IMG/VR virus record: IMGVR_UViG_3300019458_000043
Location: 1-52,304 of that record
Source of the DNA: a virus
Lineage: Duplodnaviria > Caudoviricetes
Reading direction: 5' to 3' (one strand)
DNA length: 52,304 bases
This document shows positions 38,254 through 47,951 of this stretch, piece after piece. The notes under the pieces were generated by a model, which did not search any database, was not told the DNA's origin, and saw only the letters and a list, made by a program, of their open reading frames with translations. Position numbers and translations under genes: made by a program. Every line of letters begins with the position of its first letter. Position 1 is the first letter of the stretch.

Positions 38254-39173
38254 TGCCCCTACACTTAGGTATAAAAGACAGTTCCACAGAAAGTACCGTT
38301 AAGGTGGAACTAAAGAGCGGTACGTTAGCTTTGGAGCACAAAACTCGTAAAGATACTCACTACGTTCTAGCCGACGATATTCTTGATGATGAGGATGCTA
38401 TTCTAGCTACTACCGGCGTACCCGGTATGTACTCTATTCAAAGCGGGTGTGTAGTAACAGATTTGAACCCTAGTGTATCATCAACTATCATCCACCCAAC
38501 AACAGGTTTGCTAACACAGTTATGGGAAGTCGAAGTTTCCTATGACTCCAACGTTCCGCCGGACATAAACCAACCGATTACCTCTCAAACACCCAAGGTG
38601 CGTTGGTACCCAGAAGCTGAGGAAGAGGTTCTTGAGAAGGATGCGATCACTAACGAGCCAATTACCACCGCTTGCGATGAGCCAATCATCATCGAGCACC
38701 AATACTACCAGATTATCCAGGAAATTCGTCGGTACGAGGCTTACCCATTTGACCAGCTTCTCCAGTACACCTATGGCAACCACGTCAACGAAACAGAGTT
38801 TTGGGGTGCCCCACCGGGTTGTGCCCTTCTCCTTCCAATGGAAGTTGAGGAGGAAGCCATCAACCAACAACGATTTTGTATTGTAACCTACAAGGTAAAA
38901 TACAAGATCCGATTTGACGACAACGGCGACATGCTGGAAGATACACACAAAGCTGCCCCGCTCCATCAAGGAAACCTTTACTTCCCAAAACTGGATATAG
39001 CCCTAAGCCCGCTGGGTGTCCCCAAGCGTTTCCTCGACAAGGATGGCAACCCCGGTACTGTCAACCTGGACATTTTCGGTGTACCGCTACCCCCAGGCCA
39101 ACCACCCCAGTACCTCTCATTCAATCGGTTCCCTAAAGCTGACATAAACTTGTTGAACCTCGGCCCCTTCTAA
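38253..39173 (+). CDS. Distal tail/baseplate protein
   Basis: Follows tape measure; WEVEVSY, VNETEFWGAPPG. Confidence 0.6.
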   Translation: MPLHLGIKDSSTESTVKVELKSGTLALEHKTRKDTHYVLADDILDDEDAILATTGVPGMYSIQSGCVVTDLNPSVSSTIIHPTTGLLTQLWEVEVSYDSNVPPDINQPITSQTPKVRWYPEAEEEVLEKDAITNEPITTACDEPIIIEHQYYQIIQEIRRYEAYPFDQLLQYTYGNHVNETEFWGAPPGCALLLPMEVEEEAINQQRFCIVTYKVKYKIRFDDNGDMLEDTHKAAPLHQGNLYFPKLDIALSPLGVPKRFLDKDGNPGTVNLDIFGVPLPPGQPPQYLSFNRFPKADINLLNLGPF

Positions 39174-39189
39174 TAAAAACCAAAATCCC

Positions 39190-41322
39190 ATGCCTGTATT
39201 CGGTTTCGGCGATAAAGAGGTTGCACTACGTTTGAAGAACCTGGCTAGGGAGCGAGAACATCGGTCCCAGTGGTTCAACCGCAACTATGTCAAAGAGTTG
39301 CAACGACTCGCTTTGCGGGCTTATATTATCATTCTTGATTACCCAATAGAGCCAGCTACCCAAGTCGGAGGTGGCTGGCGATTAGGGGTAGGTACTGGCG
39401 TAATCCATTTCCGAAACGATGTGGACTCACAGGATCGAGCCGAGCACCGCAACTCTCGAGAGTTGGAAGTGTCGATCAAAACTCGTGATCTAATTCCCCA
39501 TCGTGACCCACAAACCGGCGAGTGCGGTCGGGTGCGAGTGTTCAACTTCACAGAGCAAACCATACCAGCTTGTGTCCCTGTAAGTGCTGTGCAGGATAAC
39601 TTTGGCGACTACTACATCCTTGAGCCATACGAGCAAAGCGGGGCTGGCGAGGGTACATCCACTACCACCACTTCACTCCCTACTTGTACCGGCGAGTGCA
39701 AATACGTCTGGAACGAAGCCGGTAACACCTGGCAACTAGGCACACAAACTTGCGGCCCCCCGACCACCACTTCGACTACCACTTCAACCACCGCTGCCCC
39801 CTGCACCGGCAATTGTATCATCGTCTGCCCAAGTGGGACGTGGCAGCTAAACAACACTTGCGAACCGGGTTGCGATTGTGGTTTGGAGATACTTATCGGT
39901 CAGCCTTGTACTATCGGAGCACAGCAAGGTGCTCCCTGCGGCGACGGGACTACTACGACCACCACAACCACTACACTCGACCCTTGCTCTTGCGGTACGA
40001 CCTCCACTACTACTACTACATCCCAAACAACAACCGACCCGGATACAACTACTACGACGGAGAACCCTTGCCATTGCCTACCCCCAACCTACTGCGGCAC
40101 AGAAGATGGTGAATGTACCTACACCCAATGCTCTCAAGGTGAGATTACATACATCATTGACTGTGAAACTGACGATACAACTACTACCACACCCACCCCT
40201 TGCTCCGCCTCGCAATGTTCACAGATTTGCACCAATGGTATTTGGACTTTATGTGCCAACGACCCACCAGTAGAGGATCAGAGTGACCAGGAACTAGAAG
40301 ATGAGAACGACGACCCCATCGACGGTAATGGTTGTGACCAAGGTTGTGCCCACGGCTGCGGGTGCCCGGAGCTAGGCGACGCTTGCTCTCCAGAAAACGA
40401 AGTTCGTTATGTCGGTTGCGAAACCACCACAACCTGTGACTGTAATACATCCACTACGAGTACGAGCAACCCAGAGTGTGCCGGTGGTTGTGATTGGTTA
40501 TGGATACCCACGTCGGGCTGGGCTAAGATTAACGATTTCTGTCACTCGTCATGTCCCTGCCCCGAACCTGTCCCCGTTGGTACCAACTGCCAGACAGCCC
40601 ATACAGACTGTGAACCTGTGGAACCGATTGCAACCACATTGCCCCCAGTAGAATGCACAGGTGGTTGTATCTATTGGTGGCTCGACGTAATCAACCAGTG
40701 GCATTTGACTGACTACGACTGTTCACTCTCTGTCGATTGTACTTGCGTTGAGCCAAGCACTCCCGGTAATTATTGTGCCCCTATCAAGTTACCTTGTATC
40801 AAACTCACCACTACTACGGTCAACCCCAATACCACCCCACCCCCTTGCGAGGACTGTTATACAACAACGACAACCTCTACCACTTCCACTACAACGACCA
40901 CCCCCAACCCTTCTGATTGCGAAGGCGACTGCTTATGGCAATGTAGTAGTGATGTTTGGAACCTTATTGATTTTGGGTGCAACCTGAGCCAAAACTGCTC
41001 ATGCTTACCACCATCTATTGCTTGTCATGACGACTGTGAACGGGCCAGGACGATCTGTTTCCAGACAACTACAACACCTGCCCCCACGACAACCAGCACA
41101 ACCATCACAACTTCATCTACAACTACTACAATAGGGCCATGTGAGACAAGAGGTTGTTCAGTACAGTGTCTCAGAAATGAGTTTGACCAGTTGGTATATG
41201 TGCAAGTATTAGACAATTGTGACTTTGATTGTACCTGCAACACACCTTTTCCCATAATAGGAGAGCCATGTAGTTTTGAGTTTGCCGTTCAAGGATTCCC
41301 GTGTGACACTACCACTACCTAA
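39190..41322 (+). CDS. Cys-rich, poly-Thr (mucin-like) tail-associated protein
   Basis: About 150-aa N-terminal domain, then repeated CxGxCxxxW/C...W...CxxxCxC modules separated by Thr/Ser tracts; ends DTTTT. Confidence 0.8.
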   Translation: MPVFGFGDKEVALRLKNLAREREHRSQWFNRNYVKELQRLALRAYIIILDYPIEPATQVGGGWRLGVGTGVIHFRNDVDSQDRAEHRNSRELEVSIKTRDLIPHRDPQTGECGRVRVFNFTEQTIPACVPVSAVQDNFGDYYILEPYEQSGAGEGTSTTTTSLPTCTGECKYVWNEAGNTWQLGTQTCGPPTTTSTTTSTTAAPCTGNCIIVCPSGTWQLNNTCEPGCDCGLEILIGQPCTIGAQQGAPCGDGTTTTTTTTTLDPCSCGTTSTTTTTSQTTTDPDTTTTTENPCHCLPPTYCGTEDGECTYTQCSQGEITYIIDCETDDTTTTTPTPCSASQCSQICTNGIWTLCANDPPVEDQSDQELEDENDDPIDGNGCDQGCAHGCGCPELGDACSPENEVRYVGCETTTTCDCNTSTTSTSNPECAGGCDWLWIPTSGWAKINDFCHSSCPCPEPVPVGTNCQTAHTDCEPVEPIATTLPPVECTGGCIYWWLDVINQWHLTDYDCSLSVDCTCVEPSTPGNYCAPIKLPCIKLTTTTVNPNTTPPPCEDCYTTTTTSTTSTTTTTPNPSDCEGDCLWQCSSDVWNLIDFGCNLSQNCSCLPPSIACHDDCERARTICFQTTTTPAPTTTSTTITTSSTTTTIGPCETRGCSVQCLRNEFDQLVYVQVLDNCDFDCTCNTPFPIIGEPCSFEFAVQGFPCDTTTT

Positions 41323-41333
41323 AGGGGAACAAG

Positions 41334-43298
41334 ATGAAACTTACAGTAGGGATGGCTACCTACGATGATTACGACGGTGTAGTTTTTAGCATCCAAGCCT
41401 TGCGGCTCTATCACCACGTCGATGAGCTACTGGTTGTAGATAACAACCCCGGTTCGCTTGCCGCTCGGCACCTCGCCGATTTTTGTCAAAAAACTGGGGC
41501 ACGGTATATCCCTATGCCGGAGCCCGTAGGGACTTCCGCCCCTCGCAATCGCGTCTTTACCGAAGCTACCGGCGATGTTGTATTATGTATGGACAGCCAT
41601 GTACTAATCCAGCCAGGTGCTTTGCAATTACTTCGAGAGTGGTTTATTGATGTATCATCCCACAACGATCTCGATATGGCCCTGCTTCACGGGCCGATGA
41701 TGCTCGACTCCTTCAATGGTATTCAGACACACTTCGATAGTGTCTGGCGTGCCGAAATGTGGGGTATCTGGGGTCACGCTTGGCGATGCCGTTGTTCAGA
41801 CCACGCCCGGTTCATTTTCTCAATGCAACCGTCTGAGTACCAGCAAACATACTACCTGCCAATCTCCCCCAAAGAAAACCTCGCTGCCTGCCCCTACTGT
41901 GGTAACAAACTCCCCGACCTATCTTGGTCCCAACACGAATCTCAAATGTTGGCCCTCGGCTTTGAGCCTTGTGCTCTAAAAGACGATGAACCCGCGTTCG
42001 ATATTCCAGGCCAGGGTCTCGGTCTCTTTGCCTGTCGTAAAGATGCGTGGTTAGGCTTTAACCCACACTTCCGCGGCTTCGGTGGGGAGGAAATGTATAT
42101 CCATGAAAAGTTTCGGAAAGCTAACCGCCGTGTGTTTTGTCTCCCATTCCTCAAATGGTGGCACCGCTTCGGGCGTCCCAGTGGGGTAAAGTATCCACTA
42201 ACCCGCTGGAACAAGGTCCGCAACTACGTGCTCGGCCACAACGAATTGGGGTTGCCACTCGATCCGGTCCATGCCCATTTTGTAACCACCAACCTCATGA
42301 CCCAAAGCCAGTGGGACTACCTGGTAGCCGATCCTATCCATCGGCCTTCCAACCCGAATGTATTGTCGGTACCTTCCCCCAAAGAAATCCCAGCCCCGTC
42401 CATAACTCAACTGTACCAGGCAGCCCGTGGGACATCTCGAGATCTTGACCAACATATGGATCAGTTGCGGTTGTTGGCGGGGCTTTGTGATAACATAACT
42501 GAGATATCAAAACGAAAAGAATCCACCATCGCTTTTGTTGCCAGCGGCCGTCCAGTCATTTCCTACAATACTGAGTCTGGGGACCAAACCTACCAAACCC
42601 TAATCCGCATAGCCCCCAACTTCCAATGGCACGACCAAAACTCCACGCAAGTCGAGTCTATCGCAGCTACCGACCTGTTGTTCATCGACTCCGAACATAC
42701 CTACGCACGGTTGAAGGAGGAACTGAACAAGTACGCTACCGCTGTCCGACGGTTTATCATATTACATGATACTCAGTTGCACGGCGAGCGGGGGGCCGAC
42801 AACGGGCCAGGTCTAAACCAGGCATTGCGAGAGTTTACAGCCGACAACCCCGCTTGGTTCGTCTATTATTACACACCTAACCAGTTCGGGTTAACGGTAC
42901 TTGGTATCCGACCGAGTGACCGCCCAGCTAATAAAATCCACGCTTGGGCACCTATGTATGGTCCCGGTACCGAGCTAACTAATTTACTCAGTTCGCTTGG
43001 TGTCGTGTCCAAACCGAACTGTACCTGTCGGGCAATGGCAAACCAGATGGATATCTGGGGGGTCCAGGGTTGTAGAGAGCCGGCCCATCACCAGCAGATT
43101 CTTACCACCATCCATAGTAACAAAGACAAGTGGGGGTGGAAGGATAGGGTACTTGCCATCACAAAGGCTGTTACTAGTGGTCTAGCATTTAAGCTAAACC
43201 CACTCGACCCATTCCCCTCCCTGATCGACGAAGCGATCCGACGAGCGGAGTTAGCTGAACAATCAAGACTTACTTCCATCGAAATTGAAGGCCACTGA
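41334..43298 (+). CDS. GT2 glycosyltransferase fused to a class I methyltransferase-like domain and a Cys-containing C-terminal domain
   Basis: LTVGMATYDD, LLVVDNNP, VLCMDSH, FRGFGGEE; DLLFIDSEHTY...IILHDT; GPGTEL...CTC...WG..GC. Confidence 0.85.
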   Translation: MKLTVGMATYDDYDGVVFSIQALRLYHHVDELLVVDNNPGSLAARHLADFCQKTGARYIPMPEPVGTSAPRNRVFTEATGDVVLCMDSHVLIQPGALQLLREWFIDVSSHNDLDMALLHGPMMLDSFNGIQTHFDSVWRAEMWGIWGHAWRCRCSDHARFIFSMQPSEYQQTYYLPISPKENLAACPYCGNKLPDLSWSQHESQMLALGFEPCALKDDEPAFDIPGQGLGLFACRKDAWLGFNPHFRGFGGEEMYIHEKFRKANRRVFCLPFLKWWHRFGRPSGVKYPLTRWNKVRNYVLGHNELGLPLDPVHAHFVTTNLMTQSQWDYLVADPIHRPSNPNVLSVPSPKEIPAPSITQLYQAARGTSRDLDQHMDQLRLLAGLCDNITEISKRKESTIAFVASGRPVISYNTESGDQTYQTLIRIAPNFQWHDQNSTQVESIAATDLLFIDSEHTYARLKEELNKYATAVRRFIILHDTQLHGERGADNGPGLNQALREFTADNPAWFVYYYTPNQFGLTVLGIRPSDRPANKIHAWAPMYGPGTELTNLLSSLGVVSKPNCTCRAMANQMDIWGVQGCREPAHHQQILTTIHSNKDKWGWKDRVLAITKAVTSGLAFKLNPLDPFPSLIDEAIRRAELAEQSRLTSIEIEGH

Positions 43299-44182
43299 TG
43301 ATACCGACCGTACTTTGCTTGTGTCCTACATATAACCGGCCAGCCCATCTGGTTTCAAATGCGTTGGCGTGCTTTGAAATCCAGGATTATCCGGCCAGCC
43401 ACCGCGTATTATTTATCCTCGATGATAAACCTTGCTATAGTATGCAACGCGGTACCAACTGGATAGTCTGGGCCGAGAACCGTCGCTATCCATCTCTGCC
43501 AGCCAAGTATAACGAGATGCTCCGAATGATCCGCGACATTCCGTGGTGCCAGTTCACCGGTTATCCACCATCTAACGATCTGCCCACACCCAGCCCGCTG
43601 ACTATCCACCATCAACACCATCACCCCTGGAACTGCCACCCAGACCTTGTACTTGTATGGGATGACGACGACGTGTACCTCCCTTGGCACATCTCGTCGT
43701 ATGTCGAGGCATTACAGCAGCCACGTATCCACCATCAACCATCCGAATTACGCCCTGGTTGGGTCCACCCCACCATTGTATGGACTGACTACCCCGGTCG
43801 CCTGATCCAGGAAATAGCCACCGGGAGGTTCCACGGTAGTCTCGGTGTATCCTGGGAGTTGTTGGACCTGCTGGAAGGGTGGGTTACGACAAAGCGAGCC
43901 GACTTTGACCAACAGATGATTGCCAAGCTCCACAAAAGCTTACCACCATCCCGCCCGCCCGTTAGGTATCCACCATCATACATCTTTCGGTGGGGTTCGA
44001 CGGGCGGTGCTCATTGCCAGTCGCATATGAAGACACCAGCCAACGAGACATGGTACGAGGACTATGCAATGTTAGCAACACCTCAACCGTATCGGGGGGA
44101 ATTGGTGGCAGCTATGGATAAAACCACCAGCCAATACATTAAAGAGATAGCGGCGGGTTTCGTTCCCCAACCCGCTAGCTAG
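43298..44182 (+). CDS. GT2 glycosyltransferase
   Basis: CLCPTYNRP, ILDD, WDDDDVYLPWHI. Confidence 0.85.
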   Translation: MIPTVLCLCPTYNRPAHLVSNALACFEIQDYPASHRVLFILDDKPCYSMQRGTNWIVWAENRRYPSLPAKYNEMLRMIRDIPWCQFTGYPPSNDLPTPSPLTIHHQHHHPWNCHPDLVLVWDDDDVYLPWHISSYVEALQQPRIHHQPSELRPGWVHPTIVWTDYPGRLIQEIATGRFHGSLGVSWELLDLLEGWVTTKRADFDQQMIAKLHKSLPPSRPPVRYPPSYIFRWGSTGGAHCQSHMKTPANETWYEDYAMLATPQPYRGELVAAMDKTTSQYIKEIAAGFVPQPAS

Positions 44183-44585
44183 GGGCTGGGGGCCGGCAAT
44201 CGCCCCCAGCCCCGTTAATACTCGCCCCACCTCGCCCTCGCGAGGCTGGGGCTGGGGCCGGGTCGCGAGGTGCGACCCCAGCAAGCCCCAGCCCCTTGCG
44301 GGGCCGGGTCGCGAGGTGCGACCCAGCCCCTTACGGGCTGGCGAGCTGTCGGGCGACCTAGCCCGCCAGCCCGCCCCAAAACCCAGCCCCTTAACCCAGC
44401 CCCGCAACGGGGCTTTGCGGAGCTTTCCGGGCTGGGGGCGATACCCTACAGCCTGCCCCCGAAAAGCCCCATAAAACGTTTCCTATTGCGTTCTAGGGGG
44501 TATCGACCTAGTTTGCCTAGCTTTACTATACCCCTTAGTTTAGAAAACCCCCTAGCTTACCTAGCTTGCCTAGCGAGGTAGTGCG
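44183..44585. repeat. GC-rich convergent intergenic region with two GGGTCGCGAGGTGCGACCC palindromes and CCCCAG repeats
   Basis: Palindrome copies at 44260-44278 and 44306-44324; many CCCCAGC/GCTGGGG units. Confidence 0.75.
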
Positions 44586-44589
44586 TATC

Positions 44590-45099
44590 CTAGTTCCGTA
44601 ATGGGTCGTATTTACCAGCCTCTTGCACGAACCGCCTCTCGAACTCTTCCTGGTCTTGCTCGGTAGGGTTTCCCTGCCACTCTCCGAGTATCCAGCTAGC
44701 GAAGTTGGCACAAAGATGGCAAGCAGCCCTATTGCCACGCGCTATGTCATCCCCTGTATCTTCGTACACCTTTGCCAACTTATGGAACCAGATAAGAAAC
44801 ACTTTCTTCATAGCTCGGATAGCTTCGGGGCTGGGTAGCTTCCCGTCTCGCCACGCCGGTTGTCCGTTCCTCGCTGGCATCACGATACCACGTTGCCAGT
44901 TCCCTTCCCCGTTGATAAGTTGCTGGAATACCACCTTATACTCATCTCTATCGCCAAACACCCCACCGTCGCGTGGTTCGACCATTGAGGGTACAATCAT
45001 CAACCCATCGTTAGTCTCAACCGGCAAGCGTACTACGTTGTAGTATCTCCCTTTCAACTCAACAACCCAGATACCAACCAAATCGCTGTGGTTTGTCAT
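44590..45099 (-). CDS. Hypothetical protein
   Basis: GAGGTG RBS; last gene of the leftward arm. Confidence 0.7.
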   Translation of the reverse strand: MTNHSDLVGIWVVELKGRYYNVVRLPVETNDGLMIVPSMVEPRDGGVFGDRDEYKVVFQQLINGEGNWQRGIVMPARNGQPAWRDGKLPSPEAIRAMKKVFLIWFHKLAKVYEDTGDDIARGNRAACHLCANFASWILGEWQGNPTEQDQEEFERRFVQEAGKYDPLRN

Positions 45100-45208
45100 A
45101 CATCACCTCATTAAAAAGAGTTGAACCTAGCACTTTTCCCCAGCAATAAAAACCACATTTCCCGACCGTACCCCTTATATTCTTTATTCTTTGGGGGGAA
45201 ATAGCTAG

Positions 45209-45240
45209 GGGGTTGCGACCCTATTATAAGTCGCAACCCC
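45209..45240. terminator. Hairpin downstream of the helicase gene
   Basis: GGGGTTGCGAC-N10-GTCGCAACCCC, lying between two AATAAAAACCA copies. Confidence 0.45.
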
Positions 45241-45285
45241 CCAGCAATAAAAACCACATTCCCACCCACCCCGCGACTCTGTTGG

Positions 45286-47340
45286 CTACAACGCCGCTGG
45301 CCCATCTACCCATACCAGTTCGTCGATAGCCCGCGTGATAGCTACGTACTCCAAGTGCCGTTCCTGCCCCCTAGCCCAATCCGTTTTAGCCATTGGGTGC
45401 GGCAGCAGGTCCGGGCGAAGCACGAACACCCGCCCCGCCTCCAACCCTTTAGCTCGATGGATACTCGACAGCAGGATGCGACCCTTCGGTTCTTCACCTT
45501 CGTTCTTCGATTCGATATTAGCGTAGTTACCCTTGCGACCATGCCACTGTTGCTTTTCGATACCGAAGACCTTGTCGATGTTGGCGTATAAGTCACCTAT
45601 CTCCACAGCCCCGTCGCAAAACACCCGCAAACATTCAACACGGTCTTGCAACGTAATCGCGGCTTCCTCATCCTTTTGCTTACGCTTGGCAAGCCGCTCC
45701 TGTTCCCGCCGGTGGTATTCATCTAGCCATACCAGAAAGTCGGAGACGTTGCTTTGCTTGCTGTTGCGGATAATAGTTTTCAGCCCGTCGCCAATGTTGC
45801 GACCTTGGATATTCGCCCGCCGGCCTTGTCGGATGTAGCGAAACGCCAAACCCACCAGCGGGGCATTCACGCGACAGAGTAGCATGTCGCCCTCTTGTGG
45901 TGCTCGCGGGTTATCCTTATTATCGAGCTGGTCCCAAGGCAGCCGGTTTACCATCCCTGCCCCGTTGCTGGGGTGTGCTTCAAAGTCGGGTACTATCTCT
46001 TTAGCCCTAGCAACGATAGCCTTGCCGCATCGTCGTGTTACGGTCAACGTCATCTGTTGCACCCCCCGACCACCCCCAGCGACCCCACCCCCAGCGACCC
46101 CTCCCCCGCCCTTGCTACCCACAACTCCAACCCTACTAACCCCGTCCTCACCATTGCTGCCCGCCCCGACGGCACCCCCCAACATCCGTTCCATGTTGTT
46201 AATAGAGTCCACGTCGCTGCCGGCGAACCCATAGATAGCCTGGCACTCGTCGCCTACCAGCAAGATCCGTTCCCCTGCCCGAAGAATAAACTCTTGCTGG
46301 CATCGGTTCAGGTCTTGGCCTTCATCCACCAGTAGCAACTGGTGCCGGGGAATAGTAAGTTTGTTCACTACGGGCAACCAGAGCATATCGTCGAAGTCGA
46401 TCTCTTTAGCCACCTGCTCGTAGCTCTGCCGCCACAGTTGGGGCACGGTCTGGAATATCTCATCTCGCTGGCCCTCGTCGCCCAGGTCCACCCCGTAGTA
46501 CATGGCGAGTGCCTCCATTGCCTCCCTGCTAGGTTCCACCCCGTCGGCAGCCCCGGCAACCGCCGTTCCCAGCCCGTTGCCCCAGCCCGCGAGGTTGATC
46601 TTCGAGTAGTGTACCAGCTCTTCGATTGCCTGAATGACAATCGCCTTCTGCTTCCACACTTCCCGCAGGTCGATGCCCCACAACACCTCCAGCATGTTGC
46701 GGGTCCGGTACTTGTTCACCGCTCTCCAACCGAGGCGATAGTGCCGGCCGCACACGGCATTGCCCATCTTATGCACCGTACTGAACGAGAGTTGCACCCC
46801 GATTCTCCCCAAAGAATCGACCAGCCAGCGGTACTTGCCGGAGAACTCGTCCACGATACTGTTGTTGAAAGCACAGTACGTGACCTCGCGGGGCTTCTCT
46901 TGCGAAATGAAGTCCCAGACCACTTGCTGCTGCGGGCTGGGCTGGGGTTCAAAGCCGAGGTGTCGGCAGACGTTCCCCCATACCTTACCCCTATACGCCC
47001 ACGCAGCACCCAGGACCAAGGTGAATGTCTTGCCGGTCCCAGCCCTGGCTCGGACAATACCGTGCGGGGCTAGTCCCCCTGCTCGCCGGGGCTGTGCCTC
47101 TTTCGTTACCTGCCTTGCCGCTTGCCCCACCCCTGCCTGCCCCACCCCTACCTGCCCCGGTCGTACCCCCGTCGCCTTGCCCCTCACCGCTCGCAGCATA
47201 TCCGCTTGCTGTGCGGTAAGCTCCGATTTTGGTGCCCCCTCTTTGGTCTTTGCCTGTATGTTACCCTTCGTCTTCTCCACCTTCACAACAGCCTTGACAG
47301 CCTTGTTGGCCTTCGACGGTGTGACTTTTCGCTTTGCCAT
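45286..47340 (-). CDS. UvrD/Rep-like superfamily 1 helicase
   Basis: ARAGTGKT, VDEGQD, GDECQAIYGFAGS, TRRC, SIHRAKGLEA, YVAITRA; likely start 47340. Confidence 0.9.
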   Translation of the reverse strand: MAKRKVTPSKANKAVKAVVKVEKTKGNIQAKTKEGAPKSELTAQQADMLRAVRGKATGVRPGQVGVGQAGVGQAARQVTKEAQPRRAGGLAPHGIVRARAGTGKTFTLVLGAAWAYRGKVWGNVCRHLGFEPQPSPQQQVVWDFISQEKPREVTYCAFNNSIVDEFSGKYRWLVDSLGRIGVQLSFSTVHKMGNAVCGRHYRLGWRAVNKYRTRNMLEVLWGIDLREVWKQKAIVIQAIEELVHYSKINLAGWGNGLGTAVAGAADGVEPSREAMEALAMYYGVDLGDEGQRDEIFQTVPQLWRQSYEQVAKEIDFDDMLWLPVVNKLTIPRHQLLLVDEGQDLNRCQQEFILRAGERILLVGDECQAIYGFAGSDVDSINNMERMLGGAVGAGSNGEDGVSRVGVVGSKGGGGVAGGGVAGGGRGVQQMTLTVTRRCGKAIVARAKEIVPDFEAHPSNGAGMVNRLPWDQLDNKDNPRAPQEGDMLLCRVNAPLVGLAFRYIRQGRRANIQGRNIGDGLKTIIRNSKQSNVSDFLVWLDEYHRREQERLAKRKQKDEEAAITLQDRVECLRVFCDGAVEIGDLYANIDKVFGIEKQQWHGRKGNYANIESKNEGEEPKGRILLSSIHRAKGLEAGRVFVLRPDLLPHPMAKTDWARGQERHLEYVAITRAIDELVWVDGPAAL

Positions 47341-47486
47341 GCTAGAACCCTTTGCTAATAAAAACCAGTGTCTGAACCCAGTACACCCACAACACTCTCC
47401 AACCACACACCTCGACATCCCGCTGCTTTTACTTACTGGTACGCTGTACCTTACTGGGCTGGTACGCCGTACTCCGAGCAAGTACA

Positions 47487-47951
47487 TCACCCAGCCTGGT
47501 CCACTTTGCCGCTGTTGTCCCACGCACCAGGGTCGCTGCCGTAGTACCTCGCACAGAGCCGGCAGATGAACCCCTTGCGAGGCCGCCTCAGCTTTTTCCA
47601 AAACGCCTCGCATTCACACGGTCCCCGACCCGGCGGGGTTACAACCTCCCCTTCCCCCTTCCGCCGCACGACTGTAGACATTACCTCCGCAACCCGCTTG
47701 CCCCCACCCCGCAACCCCCTACCCCGCAACCCTACCCCGTTCCCAGCCCCATCCTTGCCCGTTGCCTTACCTCCTACGGCCTGCTTGCCTCGCCTTGCGG
47801 CCTGCTTGCCTCGCCTTGGCACGGGGGGCTTTCGTTTGCCGTTTCGCCGTTCGCTCTGCTTTGCCTGTCGTGCCTCCACTTTTCGTTTCCCGGCCAGTTT
47901 CGACTTTGCTTGCCGAGATGCCAACTTCTGCGTGGTATTCTCTCGCACCAT
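47487..47951 (-). CDS. Very basic protein with C-terminal Cys cluster
   Basis: GGAGG RBS; RRGKQAA repeat; CEC...CRLC. Confidence 0.55.
   Translation of the reverse strand: MVRENTTQKLASRQAKSKLAGKRKVEARQAKQSERRNGKRKPPVPRRGKQAARRGKQAVGGKATGKDGAGNGVGLRGRGLRGGGKRVAEVMSTVVRRKGEGEVVTPPGRGPCECEAFWKKLRRPRKGFICRLCARYYGSDPGAWDNSGKVDQAG

Noticed and set aside
26596-41319. Poly-Thr tracts as simple microsatellite expansions
   Set aside because: Codons are mixed (ACA/ACC/ACG/ACT) and interspersed with Ser, and the tracts are confined to structural genes.
39190-41322. Diversity-generating retroelement target
   Set aside because: No reverse transcriptase and no template/variable repeat pair seen.
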